Below are positions 46,926-60,295 of a stretch of 64,000 bases of DNA, in pieces. Position 1 is the first letter of the stretch; every line of letters begins with the position of its first letter. The stretch lies in assembly GCA_030141605.1 (NCBI GenBank), contig JAQGDQ010000136.1, positions 434,001 to 498,000 on the forward strand, read 5' to 3'. The DNA comes from Tubiluchus corallicola (Eukaryota; Animalia; Priapulida). The notes beneath the pieces are model-generated. The model ran no database searches. It was given only the letters and a program-made list of their open reading frames with translations, and had not been told where the DNA came from. The translations under genes were made by a program, and so were the position numbers.

Positions 46926-48079
46926 ATTATCCAATTAACAAAAATTACATTTTAATAAAAACACAAAAATATAATACTATATTTCTGACAAAAATGTTGC
47001 AATTAAACTTTTATCCTTCAGTTTATTTCAATTTTTAGGAAATTTTACAAAAGAAGCCCAGTTGACTGAGTGAGTCACGGATACAATAATATGGGAAATC
47101 GTCGAGATTAAAAGAAGTAAAAGCGTTTTGTGTTACTACCACGACCACGTCCTTATCTTTAAAATAAATAGTATTTTATTAGCTTGCTTAAAAATAATGT
47201 TAATAGTTTTGGCCTATAGTGCAATGGCCTCTACTGTGACAGACTTACAACCACAGCACACACAAGACCCGCAATGAAAAACTCTAGAGTTTTTTTAATG
47301 AAACGAAAATTATGATTGCATACTTGTGCGCATGTAATCTTCATTTACAGCAACAGGTTAAGTGAATTGTTTGCTCATGTATTTGGCACATGTGTTTTAA
47401 TAGTATGCCAAAGTAAGTGTGAAATGTTCTGTAGTTTGTGTAGTTACGTGTATACGATATTGTCACTTCTTGTAAAATATTATTAGATAGGCAACTTTTT
47501 TATAAATCTAGACAACTTTCAATCATCTGCAGCTTCTTACATAATATTAAATAAATTAGGACTAACAACTCTTAAGCATAACTTATTTATTAACAGCTAA
47601 GCAAACAGTTAATCTTTGGAACTCATTGTCAGTCAAAACTAAAAAAGCAGAAACATTAGCAAAATTTAAAAAAATAATTGGAAAACACAATAAAAAGACT
47701 AGAAAATCCAATGCATCAAAGTGATAACTGATAATATTAGCTGAAATCCAAACTTTATTTGCGCCCAAATAAATTAAGGAACAGTAGGTAACAGATTCAA
47801 ATCAAAAGCGCTATGTTAGCTAGCATAAAACTGATTGTTAGAAAAGTGCACTATTTGCAAATTAACTAATTACAGTGTTCATCGTATTGAATAATTCTAG
47901 CATTGCCTAAAGTACCCAAAAGAGTAAATTAGTTTATTTGAGCAATACAATAACAATACAAGTGAGACATCAAAAAAAGGATTGAATATGTACTGATATT
48001 TGTGGTTGTCAGTTACTCTTTAGCCATTTTTATCAGGCTTCAATTTTTTACCATATAGACCTTGAAGCTACATTTTTTG

Positions 48080-48370
48080 CCTTTCGAAAGAGAGTTGGAA
48101 TGAGAATGAAAGAAAAGGACTGACAGAGTGAGACAGAAATGACAGCGAGAGAGATCGAGACAGAGGGACAACTTTAATAAAGAGAAAGAGCGAGAGAGAA
48201 GAATGAGGAGAAAGAGAGACAGAGGTAGTTAGAGAAAGGAGTAAAGAGAGATAAAGAGAAGGGGAAAGCAGGCAGAGACGAAAAATGGAAAAGGGAAAAA
48301 TAAAGAGAGAAAAGAGAGGGGGGAGGGACAGGAAGACAGACAAATAGAAAGAGGGATAAGCCAGACAGAC

Positions 48371-48425
<55 letters not shown>

Positions 48426-48435
48426 TAACAGAGAA
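48080..48435. repeat. Degenerate and pure (AG)n purine-rich tract
   Basis: GA-rich low-complexity sequence ending in a pure (AG)n run at ~48378-48420. Confidence 0.9.
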
Positions 48436-48739
48436 AGAAAACCTTGACACAAATAAGCATGCAAATGTAGCGAACGGCGATGTGAAAGTCAAGGCGACCA
48501 AAGCTCGCTGGGTTTGGTGACTATTTTTGAGGCCAGTACCTCACTTTGTAGAGCAACTAGAAAGTCAAAACTTCGCGGAAGGATTACGGATAACGTGCCA
48601 CTTTCCATGACGACGGTAAATATAGTGTTCTAAACGCTCTATCGTGAGAGTTGGGCAAAAAACAAAATAAACTAGTAACCCAATGCTCAGCAAATCCGCA
48701 TACCAGACTAATTAATTAAACGCTTAGATTAGTTTTGCA

Positions 48740-49180
48740 GGGGACAGAGTAGTGAGCTAATTGTCTGCCGCTCTTATAAACTCCCTTCAAGTTCTTCAAA
48801 CATTTTCCAGATGATCTTTAAAATTATTGATAGAATCAGTTGTGGCTGCTTTGAGTGGTTACTCATTCCACAAATTTACCACTCGTTGAGAAAAGGAGAA
48901 TTTCCTCACATTTAACGGGGATCTTTACTCATAAATCTTGCATGAACGCCTTAATTCTAGTGTCCGCCTTACTTATGGTAAAACAATCCTCATTGTTTAA
49001 ACTTTCAATGCATTTAAAAATCTTAAAGACCTCCAATAAGTCCCTTCGATTATGTCTGGTTTCGAATGTTGTTAGATTCAAAGCTTTCAGTTTCTGTTCA
49101 CATAACGTACCTTGCAAAACCGGTTATAATTAAACTTATAAAACCTACGTAGCACACCTTCCAAAACATTTACATTCTTC
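48740..49180 (-). mobile_element. Degenerate CR1 LINE, 3' end
   Basis: EQKLKALNLTTFETRHNRRDLLEVFKIFKC...RLNVRKFSFSQRVVNLWNE matches the CR1 ORF2 C-terminal motifs. Confidence 0.82.
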
Positions 49181-49880
49181 TGCATGATGAATGATGAAGA
49201 CGATTTGATGGTGACAAATTTGTATATAATAGTGATGATATGGTGATAGTGATGGCACGGTTGGCACCCTTAAAGTCTCGGATTTTTAATTGAGCCTTAG
49301 GATTGTCATTCCAAATGTTTTTGCTTGGGACCTAGTTTATAAATGTGGACCAAGTACCACGATTCAGTAAAATTGTAGCATTGATGTGCTATGTTGTATT
49401 TGCTTTTGGCGATGTTGTTCATCATTTCTATAACTTATTCTCTCGTTTGTTGATTGCCGTTTTTATCACTGCTGTCAATTTCGATCAACAACAATGACAA
49501 AAACCACTGCAATAATGAAAGCACGATAATTGTGATAACTGATAACAGTGTTGATAAGGATGAAGACTAGAACAACAGCAAAGATAATGATGACGATGAC
49601 GAAGAGGAGGAAAGGAGACGAAGGTGAATTGAACGGATAATGTTGTTAACAGAAGCGGCCATGGTAGCTATCTTCACTGCTAATTTGGCGTTGTTGTTCT
49701 TTATTTGTTTTCTCACACGGTGACATATTTACTATGGAAAGTTTTGTTTTTGGCATCGAATGATGATCACGCTTTGATCACGCTGACTCTCATGTTGGTG
49801 ACGATGATAAGAATGATGACAGCAATGATAATGACGTCGATGGTAAATAAGGGTGACAATTATGGGTGACGACAATGATG
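49180..49880. repeat. Degenerate (GAT/GAC/AAC)n low-complexity region
   Basis: Scattered GATGAT/GACGAT runs; similar tracts occur at ~5130-5350 and ~63130-63215. Confidence 0.6.
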
Positions 49881-52800
49881 CTGTTGTGTTAACTGTAGAG
49901 ATCTTGACACTAATTCCATGGTCCTGTTGATGGAGTTTGTCCGATACCTATTACTGATCGCGGTCGCTTTCGTAGTGCGGATTGGGGCTATTAATACTTG
50001 TGAAGTAAACATTTGAGCAATGGATATTTGGGCAGTGGAGAGTTTGTCACGAACTTTGACATCAGCGAACAGAACATTTGTGAATAGATCTGACTTTCTG
50101 TTCACCTACTGATTCGTCCTTCCATCTGTCCCGAAATTCTTTTCGTTCGCCTGTCTCAGTCTATCTGCGTGTCTGTACGCTAATGTCTCCATCTGTTTGA
50201 CTATTTATCTGTCCATTAATGTCTCTCTGGCTGTCTTTTTACTGTTCCCCTATCCGCGGCTAATCTAGTTATATACCCAAGTGATAAACCCATCTTCACC
50301 CATCAAACTGTCTGTCTACAGTTTTCTAATTTTGTTTATTTGACTGACGTTCATGTTACCTGTACAGTGTATGTATACCTATCAACCTATTAATTTTACA
50401 CACCTACCCAACTACTTAAACGACTACCTATACCTGCCTACTTACCCATTCGTCTTGGTGGTCACCAATCCATTTATTTTCCAGGCTCCGTACTGCTTAA
50501 CTCGCCATGATTATTCAACGTACTTTTCTTATTGTATGTATAACTTGCATGCACATACTTATATTATAAAGATCATACTATTCATTATAAATAGATCGAA
50601 GCATTTTATTTTTCATATCACTATTTGTATGTTTGTTTTAAATAGATCACTAACCATGATCATTAACAGTCAAGGAGAGGTTACTCATGGTTTCAGTTTG
50701 CACTTCTGTTGATGATTCAGGAGATGTGTGTTTTCAGGATCATTATAAGAGGTACACGAATGATGCAAAGGAATGTGATGCATGTTGAAGCACCACTGTC
50801 TGTCAACATACTGGGTGTAATGTTACAACAGCATCCAACAGCTGCAAAACATTTACCAAACACTGTGCTCCCTACTTATCCTCGGAATTGTGCCGAGTTC
50901 CAGTGAAAGAGCTAAAGTTGTCGGAGTCTGCCTCGCCTGGATTTGGCTGTAGCTTATACATATTGTGATTTTTGTGAAACTTTTTACAAGTTCGGGGAGG
51001 TAATTTTTTATGTGCCAAAATTATTATGATTCACGAATTAAATATTTGTCTTAATTAAACAACTGTGTGCTTGATTATTTGCCAAATTTGAATATTTTGA
51101 GTTGATTAATTATTATTAAACTAGATCGGTTTTAAATTGTAAACATGAATTTCCAAAGAGGGTCATAACACGCTGAGAAGTGATTAATAATAATAATTAC
51201 TATTCAAATTAGTTATGACCATTATTATCTAGCGGTTATAATTTTTACTTGGGCTGCTAATTGTCAAGTCGTTAAAAACTGTTTATGTTATTGATGTTTC
51301 GTACGTATCTACTGCAGTAAACATCATGTTGGGCAAGTTAGTAAGTGTTAACTTGTTGATGGTAGGCGCTGATATAAAGCGCTTAAAATTGTTAAAACAC
51401 CCGAAGAATTTAGGTTGAAGAGGAACAGATAACTTGCTTATAGCTCAAAGGTGTATACTTCAAAGAGCCACTTCAAGCACATAGACAAAGATTACTGACA
51501 GTTTAGGTAGAAATAATGAATCAGGATTGGTGAAAAAAAGTTCGGATACCCCAGTCCAATGCGTTTTTTCTAAAATGCTACTTTTGAAGTTGTGCTATTG
51601 CAAACAATAACTGTACTTTGTGGATAAAACGACTTTTTTTCATTATTACACACATCTTGTAATATGTTATCAATGGCAAAATATTTAGGTGTGTAGTAGA
51701 AATATTACACTATGATGTTACCATTTAAGGTTTTAGTTGACACAATTCGTCCATATCATCTTACGAACATAACGTGTTTTCATCAAAATATCGTATCAGT
51801 TAAAAAATAAATTTGCACAAACAACATATTTTATATGTCATACAACCTAGCATAATTCGCCATATACAATTATAGTATTAGTTACGTTCTATATATATAT
51901 TAATTATATAATTTTTAATTTGAATTAAATTTATTGAGTTAACAATTAACATTCACAAATACATTCAATTACTATACAGTACATATTTACTAAATATGAA
52001 TGACAAAATTACAATATGATAATTTAATGTATGGTATACCCAAATGACACGATAACAATTAAATAGTAAAATAACATAACAGTAAGACAATATAGACGTA
52101 TAGTCAATGTAATACTATTTTTAATATTATTTTATTCCGTATGCTTAATTTAAAAAAATCTCTGACGAAGTTACAAGTTAAAACTGACGCTTCCATGTCA
52201 TCATTTCCGAAGATCAATTTAATTTCTCATCATAGGTCATATTTGGAAAATTAGGAAATAGACTGTAAATTTGATCAATTAAATATTTACATTTGTTATC
52301 ATACTTTTTACAAAATAATATCACTTGTTCCTCATTTTTAATATCTAAATTATTACAATAAATACACAATCTCTGATGAACAGGTATTTCAATAGGCTTA
52401 TGATATCGTCCAGAGAATTTGAGCTGATACGTAATTTAGTAAATGCAATTTTTGCTTCTCTGGATACTGAATTACATAATAAATAATTTTCCATACAGTA
52501 ATCATTCTTTAATTTACAATAGGTTATTAATTTATTATTTTACCAGTTTACATCCATAATGATTGAATTAACGTCTTCTTTCCATTTAACAACGTAAAAT
52601 ATTTTGTAAGTTATCTTTAAGTTTTTTCCTACAATTTAAAATTGTTTATAGCAATATACAGTCATCTTGTAACGAAATAAGTAAACCGAGTAGATTTGCA
52701 TTCACCTTTACATCCTACTGCTATTGATTTTATTACGTCTTTTTAGTGGTATTACAATCCCAAGTATAAAACGTCTGCAATTTCTACACCACTTTATGAA

Positions 52801-53216
52801 ATTTTGTCCTGTATCATGTGTTTCTGATCACTGTACAATTACAATATTATAAAGTTTAATATTGGAAGAAGTGCGATATGTACAGGACTGTATGTCGTAT
52901 GTTGCCCTCGCATTCGGCGTTCTGTATCTTGATGTAGTACTGTTACTGCCATGTGTACGAAATAAAATGATTCATTCCTATGCTTGCATTCAAAATGATC
53001 CATATAAATACTATTAATTAAGGGCATATTCAGCCTTTTGGTAATAAATATGCTGCTTCTTGACCCACAAACTGCGGAATACTATGTGACGTTAGTATGC
53101 ACTTACACATGTGGTTTAATATCATACACGTACAATATTAGGGACAGGTCAACACAGGACTGCTAACTATGAGTTTTATTTATGCTTCTAGGTCTAGCAA
53201 CAACACTGTGCACACT

Positions 53217-56200
53217 ATGAGGTTGCTGCTAGTATTTACACTAGTTGGCTTGTCATTTGGATTTACTTACACAGAGCTCATAGTTAATGCATCAGTAAGT
53301 TGTCATTTATGATTTTAGCATCTTGGAGGATTTGTAGTCGTACATTGTTAATACTTTTTTATTTTAACACTACCATATTGGTTGGTGGTTGTTAATACAC
53401 CATAAACAGTTTGCTTATGTTATGAGTGAGGCCATGCACCGCATTAAAAGGCTACGTCTTGAAATTCATGATAATAATATAAATTGCCACTAGTCTAATG
53501 TGCATCAAAGCCACCAAAGGTCATCATCATTTCATTTCATTCAGTTATTAAATACATCCACATCAACCATTACAGCATAGCACTTCAAAAAAATTTATGA
53601 ATTGGTAATAACACTTTGATTATGTACCCCAAGTGCCAAGCTGCAAATGGCCTATGGGGTGTGCAACAATTACTTTTGTGAGCACCCTGAATGAAATGAA
53701 TGCAGATTGAGAAAAGAAGAAGTATGAGTAAAGGAGTAGAGAAGTGCCATGTAATGGTCTAAATCTGATAAGAATCCCTCAGCTGAGATTCTTATACATT
53801 CACTAAGTCTGGCTATATAAATTTCAGAAATAGGTTACGAAATGTTCATAAGACATGAAAAACAAATAAACCTCCTCAAGTTATAAATAATTTTGTAATA
53901 TAATAATAATTATATATAATAATAATAATAATAATAACAACAAAGTATTACCAATATTGCAAGCATTAAGGAATATGCCTTACCATTACATTACCTTGTC
54001 ATTACCATTAACAATGCATCCGTAATATTATATTGCTTTAATAAATTAGTTCAGCCTTTTCTTTCCTCTACATTATTGGTAAGCAATGAGTGTCTGCTAT
54101 CCGTTTATAAACTAGATTTTATTTTTGTTGGTAAACTTTTAATTCTTATTTCTACTGTGTATTGGTTATCAAACCATTATTGCCCGATCATTATGCACAA
54201 GCAAGCAAGCCTTCATTTTGTTAAGTAAAAATGTGAGGTGTAAACTTAATGTTTATTTACAGGAAGATGAGTTACTAACGAATGACAGCATTCTTCTTAT
54301 AAATGAGACAGAAATAAGGAACAGCGATCCTGATTTCAGTAATGATACCGAGGAGACAGTTACACAAGTGACTGTGGAAGCTGAGACTAGTGAGGTTATT
54401 GACGAGGCAGAGGAAGATAAAGCAAAAGAATATTATGAATTACGTATGGGATTTTTTAGTTGTTTATTCTGATGTACTGCAATTATAATAGTGACTTTGC
54501 TTATTATCTAATTTAGAACGCACATGAATTTTAAGTCACAAACAGTTCCTATTATTGATATTTTTTTACGTGTACTGGACAATTCACTTAGACTATGGCA
54601 GCCAATAAGAATGAAAAACACCCTTGTCAGATCTTTTCAAATGTGTGATGTAAAAAAGCATTAGTTTGGCAGTTCTGCACTAGTCAGAAAACATCTAGAC
54701 CATTGACCAATATGATCAGCCAAATGAAAAAGTGAGTCGACGTATAAATGTTTTCTTCCATTATAAAAATATCAGTTAAGTGTGTTCTGTGTTTACAGAT
54801 CCATGTGCAACCCATTTTTGTAAAGAAGGCAAAGAATGTGTCCTGGACGATGAAATGGTCCCATATTGCAGATGTGCTGAATCTTGCCCCAAAGGAACCA
54901 CTGAATGGGTTAAGGTACCTAGAACTAGAAAAACTCTATCAGAACTTTTGACTACACACATGATTGCCTTGATCAAGTCATCATATATCAGCAGTTATAT
55001 AAGTGTATACCAGTATTATTGAGGCATCAAAAGTTGACTAACTAAAGCAACTATAATTGGTCTTTTTTTATTTTTTATGAAATAATACAGCTCATTGCAT
55101 ACCAGCACTTTTGTGCTAACTTTATGTGATTATATAAGTGTTCAGGCTACTCAAAACCCAAAGAGCCTATTTTGGAGAGACATTTGGTGGTCAGCACATG
55201 CAGAATGCTGCTCTTGACCACTTTTTAAGTTCCAGCAACAACTGCACTGTAGGTAGCACATAGCTGAATGTATTCATTCTTATACGTATATCTTATATAG
55301 TCAAACCTCATTATAATGCCTCCCTTTATAAAGCCAATCTCACTTTAAATGCCCAAATTTTTAGCAAAACAAAATTCCTCTATTAGCATAGACATGAATA
55401 TATTAATGCACCTCATTATAATACCAAACTCACTTAATGCCAACTTTTTTTGTAGTCCCAAAAAAGTAATATAAAGAGGTTTAGCTGTACCTTATTGGTT
55501 AGGATCCAATGTCAATGTAGTTTTAATTGACACTGGATCTGTACGAAATAGTGTTGTTCTCTTTTGAATTTAGCGTGCCCATTAAGTGCTTTACAAAAAT
55601 GAGTATAAATGAAGCAAATAGCTAATTTAAGAGAGAACAGGAATTTAAGAAAAAGATGTTAACATGAATTGCAATTCAAAGCCCTTTTCTTCTAGGTTTG
55701 TAGTAATCATAATGTAACGTATGAAACAGCATGTCATCTATACCAGCAGCGATGTTTTTGTGAGATGGGCGATTCAAGGTGTAATCACGAGATGAACAGC
55801 CATTCTCATGTAGAGTACCGTGGAAGATGCATCGTGTTGCAGCCATGTTTGCCCAGTGAGATGGAAGACTTTCCACGACGGATGCGTGAATGGTTGTTCC
55901 ATGCAATGAAGGATCAGGTAATGATTACCATTAGTGGCATGAAACTGATTTGCAAGTATTAATATAGAAACACTGAAAACACAACCTCACTCGTGTTGAG
56001 ATATTTCCTGCAATGGTCCACCTGAATAGCGCTCTGTGGCATTTTCTTAAACCTTCTTGCATTAGTTGAGTACCTGATCATGAACCGAGGGAAGGCTAGC
56101 TACCTGTCCTTGTTTGCAAAGCTTCAGTGTAGGTCTTCATTTGCCTAAAATGTAGATACTGTTTTCGATCTATCCTTGCTCTCAATCAAGGTATGGAACC

Positions 56201-57788
56201 GAATTTCCGAGCAAGTTCACAGACATTAAAGTTCGAGCATTTTATTTGAAAGTTTGTGTTGCCAAGTCGTCATAACAACCAATGCTTGGATCATTAAAAA
56301 TTTGAAAACTTGCCGATGACTATCTGCTTATCTCAAAAATAAACAGGATAAGTATGGACAGAGAATTTCATACTTTAGAAGTGTACTCTATTAGAACAAA
56401 CCCTGTAATTAGACCAACTACAACTACATGTCGACATACAGTAACTACGTCTGCAGAAATCAAATGGGTAATGTAAGGGTTTACTGATATTAACAGAATA
56501 TAAATTTTGGCATTGCATTACTTTACATTAACACAGTAATATAAAATCAGCACCACGATGTTGTGGTATCAAGCATCTTTTACTTATTGTATCACTGGCA
56601 ACATAAACTAAATTCGACTGCATCATATTTGAATTTGAATTGTTTTTATATTTTAACAGTATGACAGAAACGATCTAAATGAGGATTATTTCGAAATGGA
56701 GGAAGAAGCAGAAAAGTATCCCAAAATGAGGCTAGTCAATCCTGTCATTTGGAAATTTTGTGACCTCGATGACACTGGTGATGTGTAAGAATTATATTTT
56801 TATTCAAATACAAGTTGAACATAATAAGAAGCATTTAAAAATGCATACATAAATTACTTGAGCTTGCAGTTCAACAGATTATACTTATTTCTGAAACAAT
56901 TGTGCATTTTCTTTTACACACAATTTATGCAATTGAGTTATTTTTGCTTGAACAATACTTGATTGGTTTTGGAATACCATTCGTCACATTTTGAAAGCTT
57001 TTGGAAAACCAAGCTAGAGATCCTTATTCTAAATATCTATAAAAGACTGTAAATGATCGATGATTTGTATGGGTAAAACCCAGATGCCCTATCAAAAACA
57101 CAAATTTAATGCCGCAAAGAGACAGATAACTTTTGAATCATAGGACAAAATACGCCTAACTCTGATCAAATGAAAAACCCGATATGACCTTTATTCACAT
57201 GCTTCCAATACATCACGTTCTACCTTCCTATATTATCCCTTTACTTGCCTGAAACTGCACTACTGCTTGTCTTGGAATTGTTCTTATAATTACAGTAAAG
57301 TGTCAAGGCATGAGCTGACAAAACTTAAAGCACCGTTAGTGCCCCTAGAGCACTGCATTGTGCCATTTCTGAAAAACTGTGACGCTGACGATGATCACAT
57401 GATCAGTCTAACAGAATGGGGCATTTGTCTAGGACTGGAGAAAGGTAATAGTAATTCTTTTAGCATTTTTATCACCGTATATTTTAAGCAGTTTGACAAT
57501 TCCTAAAACTGATGTTTTACCTCTTGCTTACTGACATTAGAGAACAGTAAATGATATATTTTTGCTTTCAGTAGCCGTTTTTGTGTTTGATGTTTAGGTG
57601 TTTATTAGATGTTGATTGGCTTTTATAAAAGTGAAACGATTATATCCAAAAACTGAAATAATGTTAGTGAGAGCAATAAGGTTCTAAGCTTCTTTTTCTT
57701 TTCAGACCAAATACTTGCAAAGTGTAAAAAGTACCACCGTCATTCTCATCAACAGAAGAAAACAAGTTGGGTTCTGCAATTTCAGTAA
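53217..57788 (+). CDS. SPARC: SPARC / osteonectin / BM-40, 317 aa, 7 coding exons
   Basis: Exons 53217-53294 (signal peptide), 54263-54443 (acidic domain), 54799-54914 and 55696-55917 (follistatin/Kazal domain, FPRRMREWL), 56660-56784 (WKFCDLD), 57296-57444 (SRHEL..APLVPLEHC..CDADDDHMISLTEWGICL, EF-hands), 57706-57788. All GT-AG and phase-consistent. A probable 5' UTR exon ends at ~50999. Confidence 0.96.
55298..55487. mobile_element. Tc1/mariner/pogo-type MITE, copy 1
   Basis: TA-flanked; TIRs TAGTCAAACCTCATTAT / ATAAAGAGGTTTAGCTG; homologous to 59842-60017. Confidence 0.85.
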
Positions 57789-59841
57789 AGAAAATATCAT
57801 GCAACATTCATTTAGAAATCTAATACATATTTACTATAACAAGATCTGAATGAAATCTCATTTTCGTTGCTGTACTTCTTACCGAGTAAGTATTATTTAA
57901 AAAACATGCTGTAAATTATATTGCGATATTTGTTCTCTGCAATTATGAAATAACAATTATTATGTAAATAAATTATTACATGATGCATTAAAAGTTACAT
58001 TACCAAAATTTTTCTTGATGAAGAATCAGCTTTTTCAATTGAATTGCTTTATAACCAGATAAAATTGCTTCAGAAAGTTGTACTTAAAATTTGACGCTAA
58101 GAAAATAATTGAAAATGTGTTCAAGTAACATGTTGCTGAAATAAACACCATAAAAGAAGTGAATAAATGTGCAATTAAGGCCACATTCGTTGTTCTTTAT
58201 ATGAAACAGCATCTGAACAGAATCATTTACATTAACTTTCTAACCCATATACCGGTCAAAACAGTGCTGGTGGGCTCAGTGGTATGCCACATGCACATCT
58301 GCTGTAAATTTTCTGCTAATACTCATAATAAAGATGTTGAGTTTAGTTTCCGCTAGTACCATAGTTGCTTTACTTGTTAAGTAAGATGTTCATTAAGTGT
58401 TGCTGGCTCATACAAGGCTCACATGCATATTTTTAGCCATAAGCTGTAGTGACAGAACAAAAAACTTTATATGATCAGTAACGGGCAGTGTATATAAGCA
58501 TTGATTTGAAAGCGCTACTGTTATGGCATTCAACTTGTAACTTTTGCACACTGGTATTCATGTAAAATAAGCATGATTCCTCTCTTTGGCATCCCACTGT
58601 AATTTAAAAGACAAATTTTGTTCATTAAGTGTATTTATGAGCACTTACAGTAAAGCAAAACTTTTATTGTATATGTTTCACTCTCGCGAGCTGTTTTTCA
58701 TCACGTTTCATTTAATCATTGCAGCCCAAACACGTTTTGCATTTATTATGTAATAAAGTTTTTTTAATTTTTAATATTATTTAAGGCTTGCATAATTTGT
58801 TTGAAAAATAACAAATTTTCTACTTTTACTGAGCACTGTTTAAAAACAATGTAGAATGTAAAACAAATTTTAAAACAAATTAATAAGTTTTTACACTAAC
58901 TAATTACAAGTTAAGTTGTTACATCAAGTTAGCACACTTCATTTTTAATATAGATGCCAATGAATACAGCATGATTTTTTTATATCAGTGTGTTGGTAAA
59001 AATATTAGTTGATACAATATAATCAGTGACTAAAATGGTAAACAGATGAAAGAGTGACAGAGTTTTTGAAGTAGCACACACACACACACTCACACTCATG
59101 CACCTGACCATTCTTTAAATTTCTCTAGGGATGGTACAGTCCTGCTCTAGAGCTAGAGAACTTAGCTTAGATGCTAAGAAACTTACGTGGACGAAATGAA
59201 ATTAAAAAATATAAATACAGTAAATTCAATAAAAATAACTAAGTAACACAAGCTACAAGCATACATATCAGCAATTTAACTTAAGAAGGGCAAATAAAGT
59301 TCACCAGTAGCCCAGCCCAAACAGAGGCACATGCACCACATACAGTTTCATTAAATTAAAACCTACATTTTATAAGTAATTACTTACGTCATAGTTCTGC
59401 TTGCCTGAACACAGCTTTCTAGTTTTTTACACATGATGAAAATGTTTCCTGGGTACAGAATTTCACTAATTGTGTCTTGCACTTTCATTTTCAAATCCAG
59501 AGTTTCCACCACGTGAAATCCTACATCTCTTGCTTACAGTAGACTTGTGAAAAAGCATGCACCATCAAACCTGTTTTATCTAGCAATTCTTCAAAACATT
59601 TTCACATTGGCATATTTATAGCAGAAGATTGTTAAGTGAAGAAGGAGTGAATAGTCAAATCGCCTCAACGCATGGCTAACAAATTATGCACCAAATGGCA
59701 AAAAAATCACCAATTACATTTTAGTTAAATACGTACAAACAAGAGAGTGCATTTTAATTACATAAAAAGAATTTGGAGTTTTCTTCAAATTTAGCTGTTT
59801 GTCCCAAGTGCTTCTTGTGATTTTGTTGCGTGATAGTACTA

Positions 59842-60017
59842 CAGTTAAACCTCATTATAACGCCCTCCCCCTTTATAATGCCAAAATATTTAGCAAAACA
59901 AAATGTCTGTATTTACATAGACATTTATGTATTGATACATCTCATTATAATACCAAACTCGCGATAACGCCAACTTTTTTGTTGTCCCAAAGAAGGCGGG
60001 ATAAAGAGGGTTAACTG
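59842..60017. mobile_element. Tc1/mariner/pogo-type MITE, copy 2
   Basis: TA TSD; TIRs CAGTTAAACCTCATTAT / ATAAAGAGGGTTAACTG; internal sequence shared with copy 1. Confidence 0.88.
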
Positions 60018-60295
60018 TATCTGGAACTTACATTGTACGCTTTACAAGTATCAGTGCAATCAAATTTCAAACAGACACTGGGCTTATGACTTAGTATGAC
60101 GGACTTCCGTCACTAGCAGACTTTTAAAGACAATATTGGCTGAAATGTTAATTCTCAAAATTGTTCAAACCACGATTATAATACAATAGTAAAATTTATT
60201 AAAAGTATGCTTGATAATACTTTGCAATATATATAATATTATTTCAATTTTTACACAAGAAAAATAATAACTGTGTAAAATGCTATGTCACTAAC

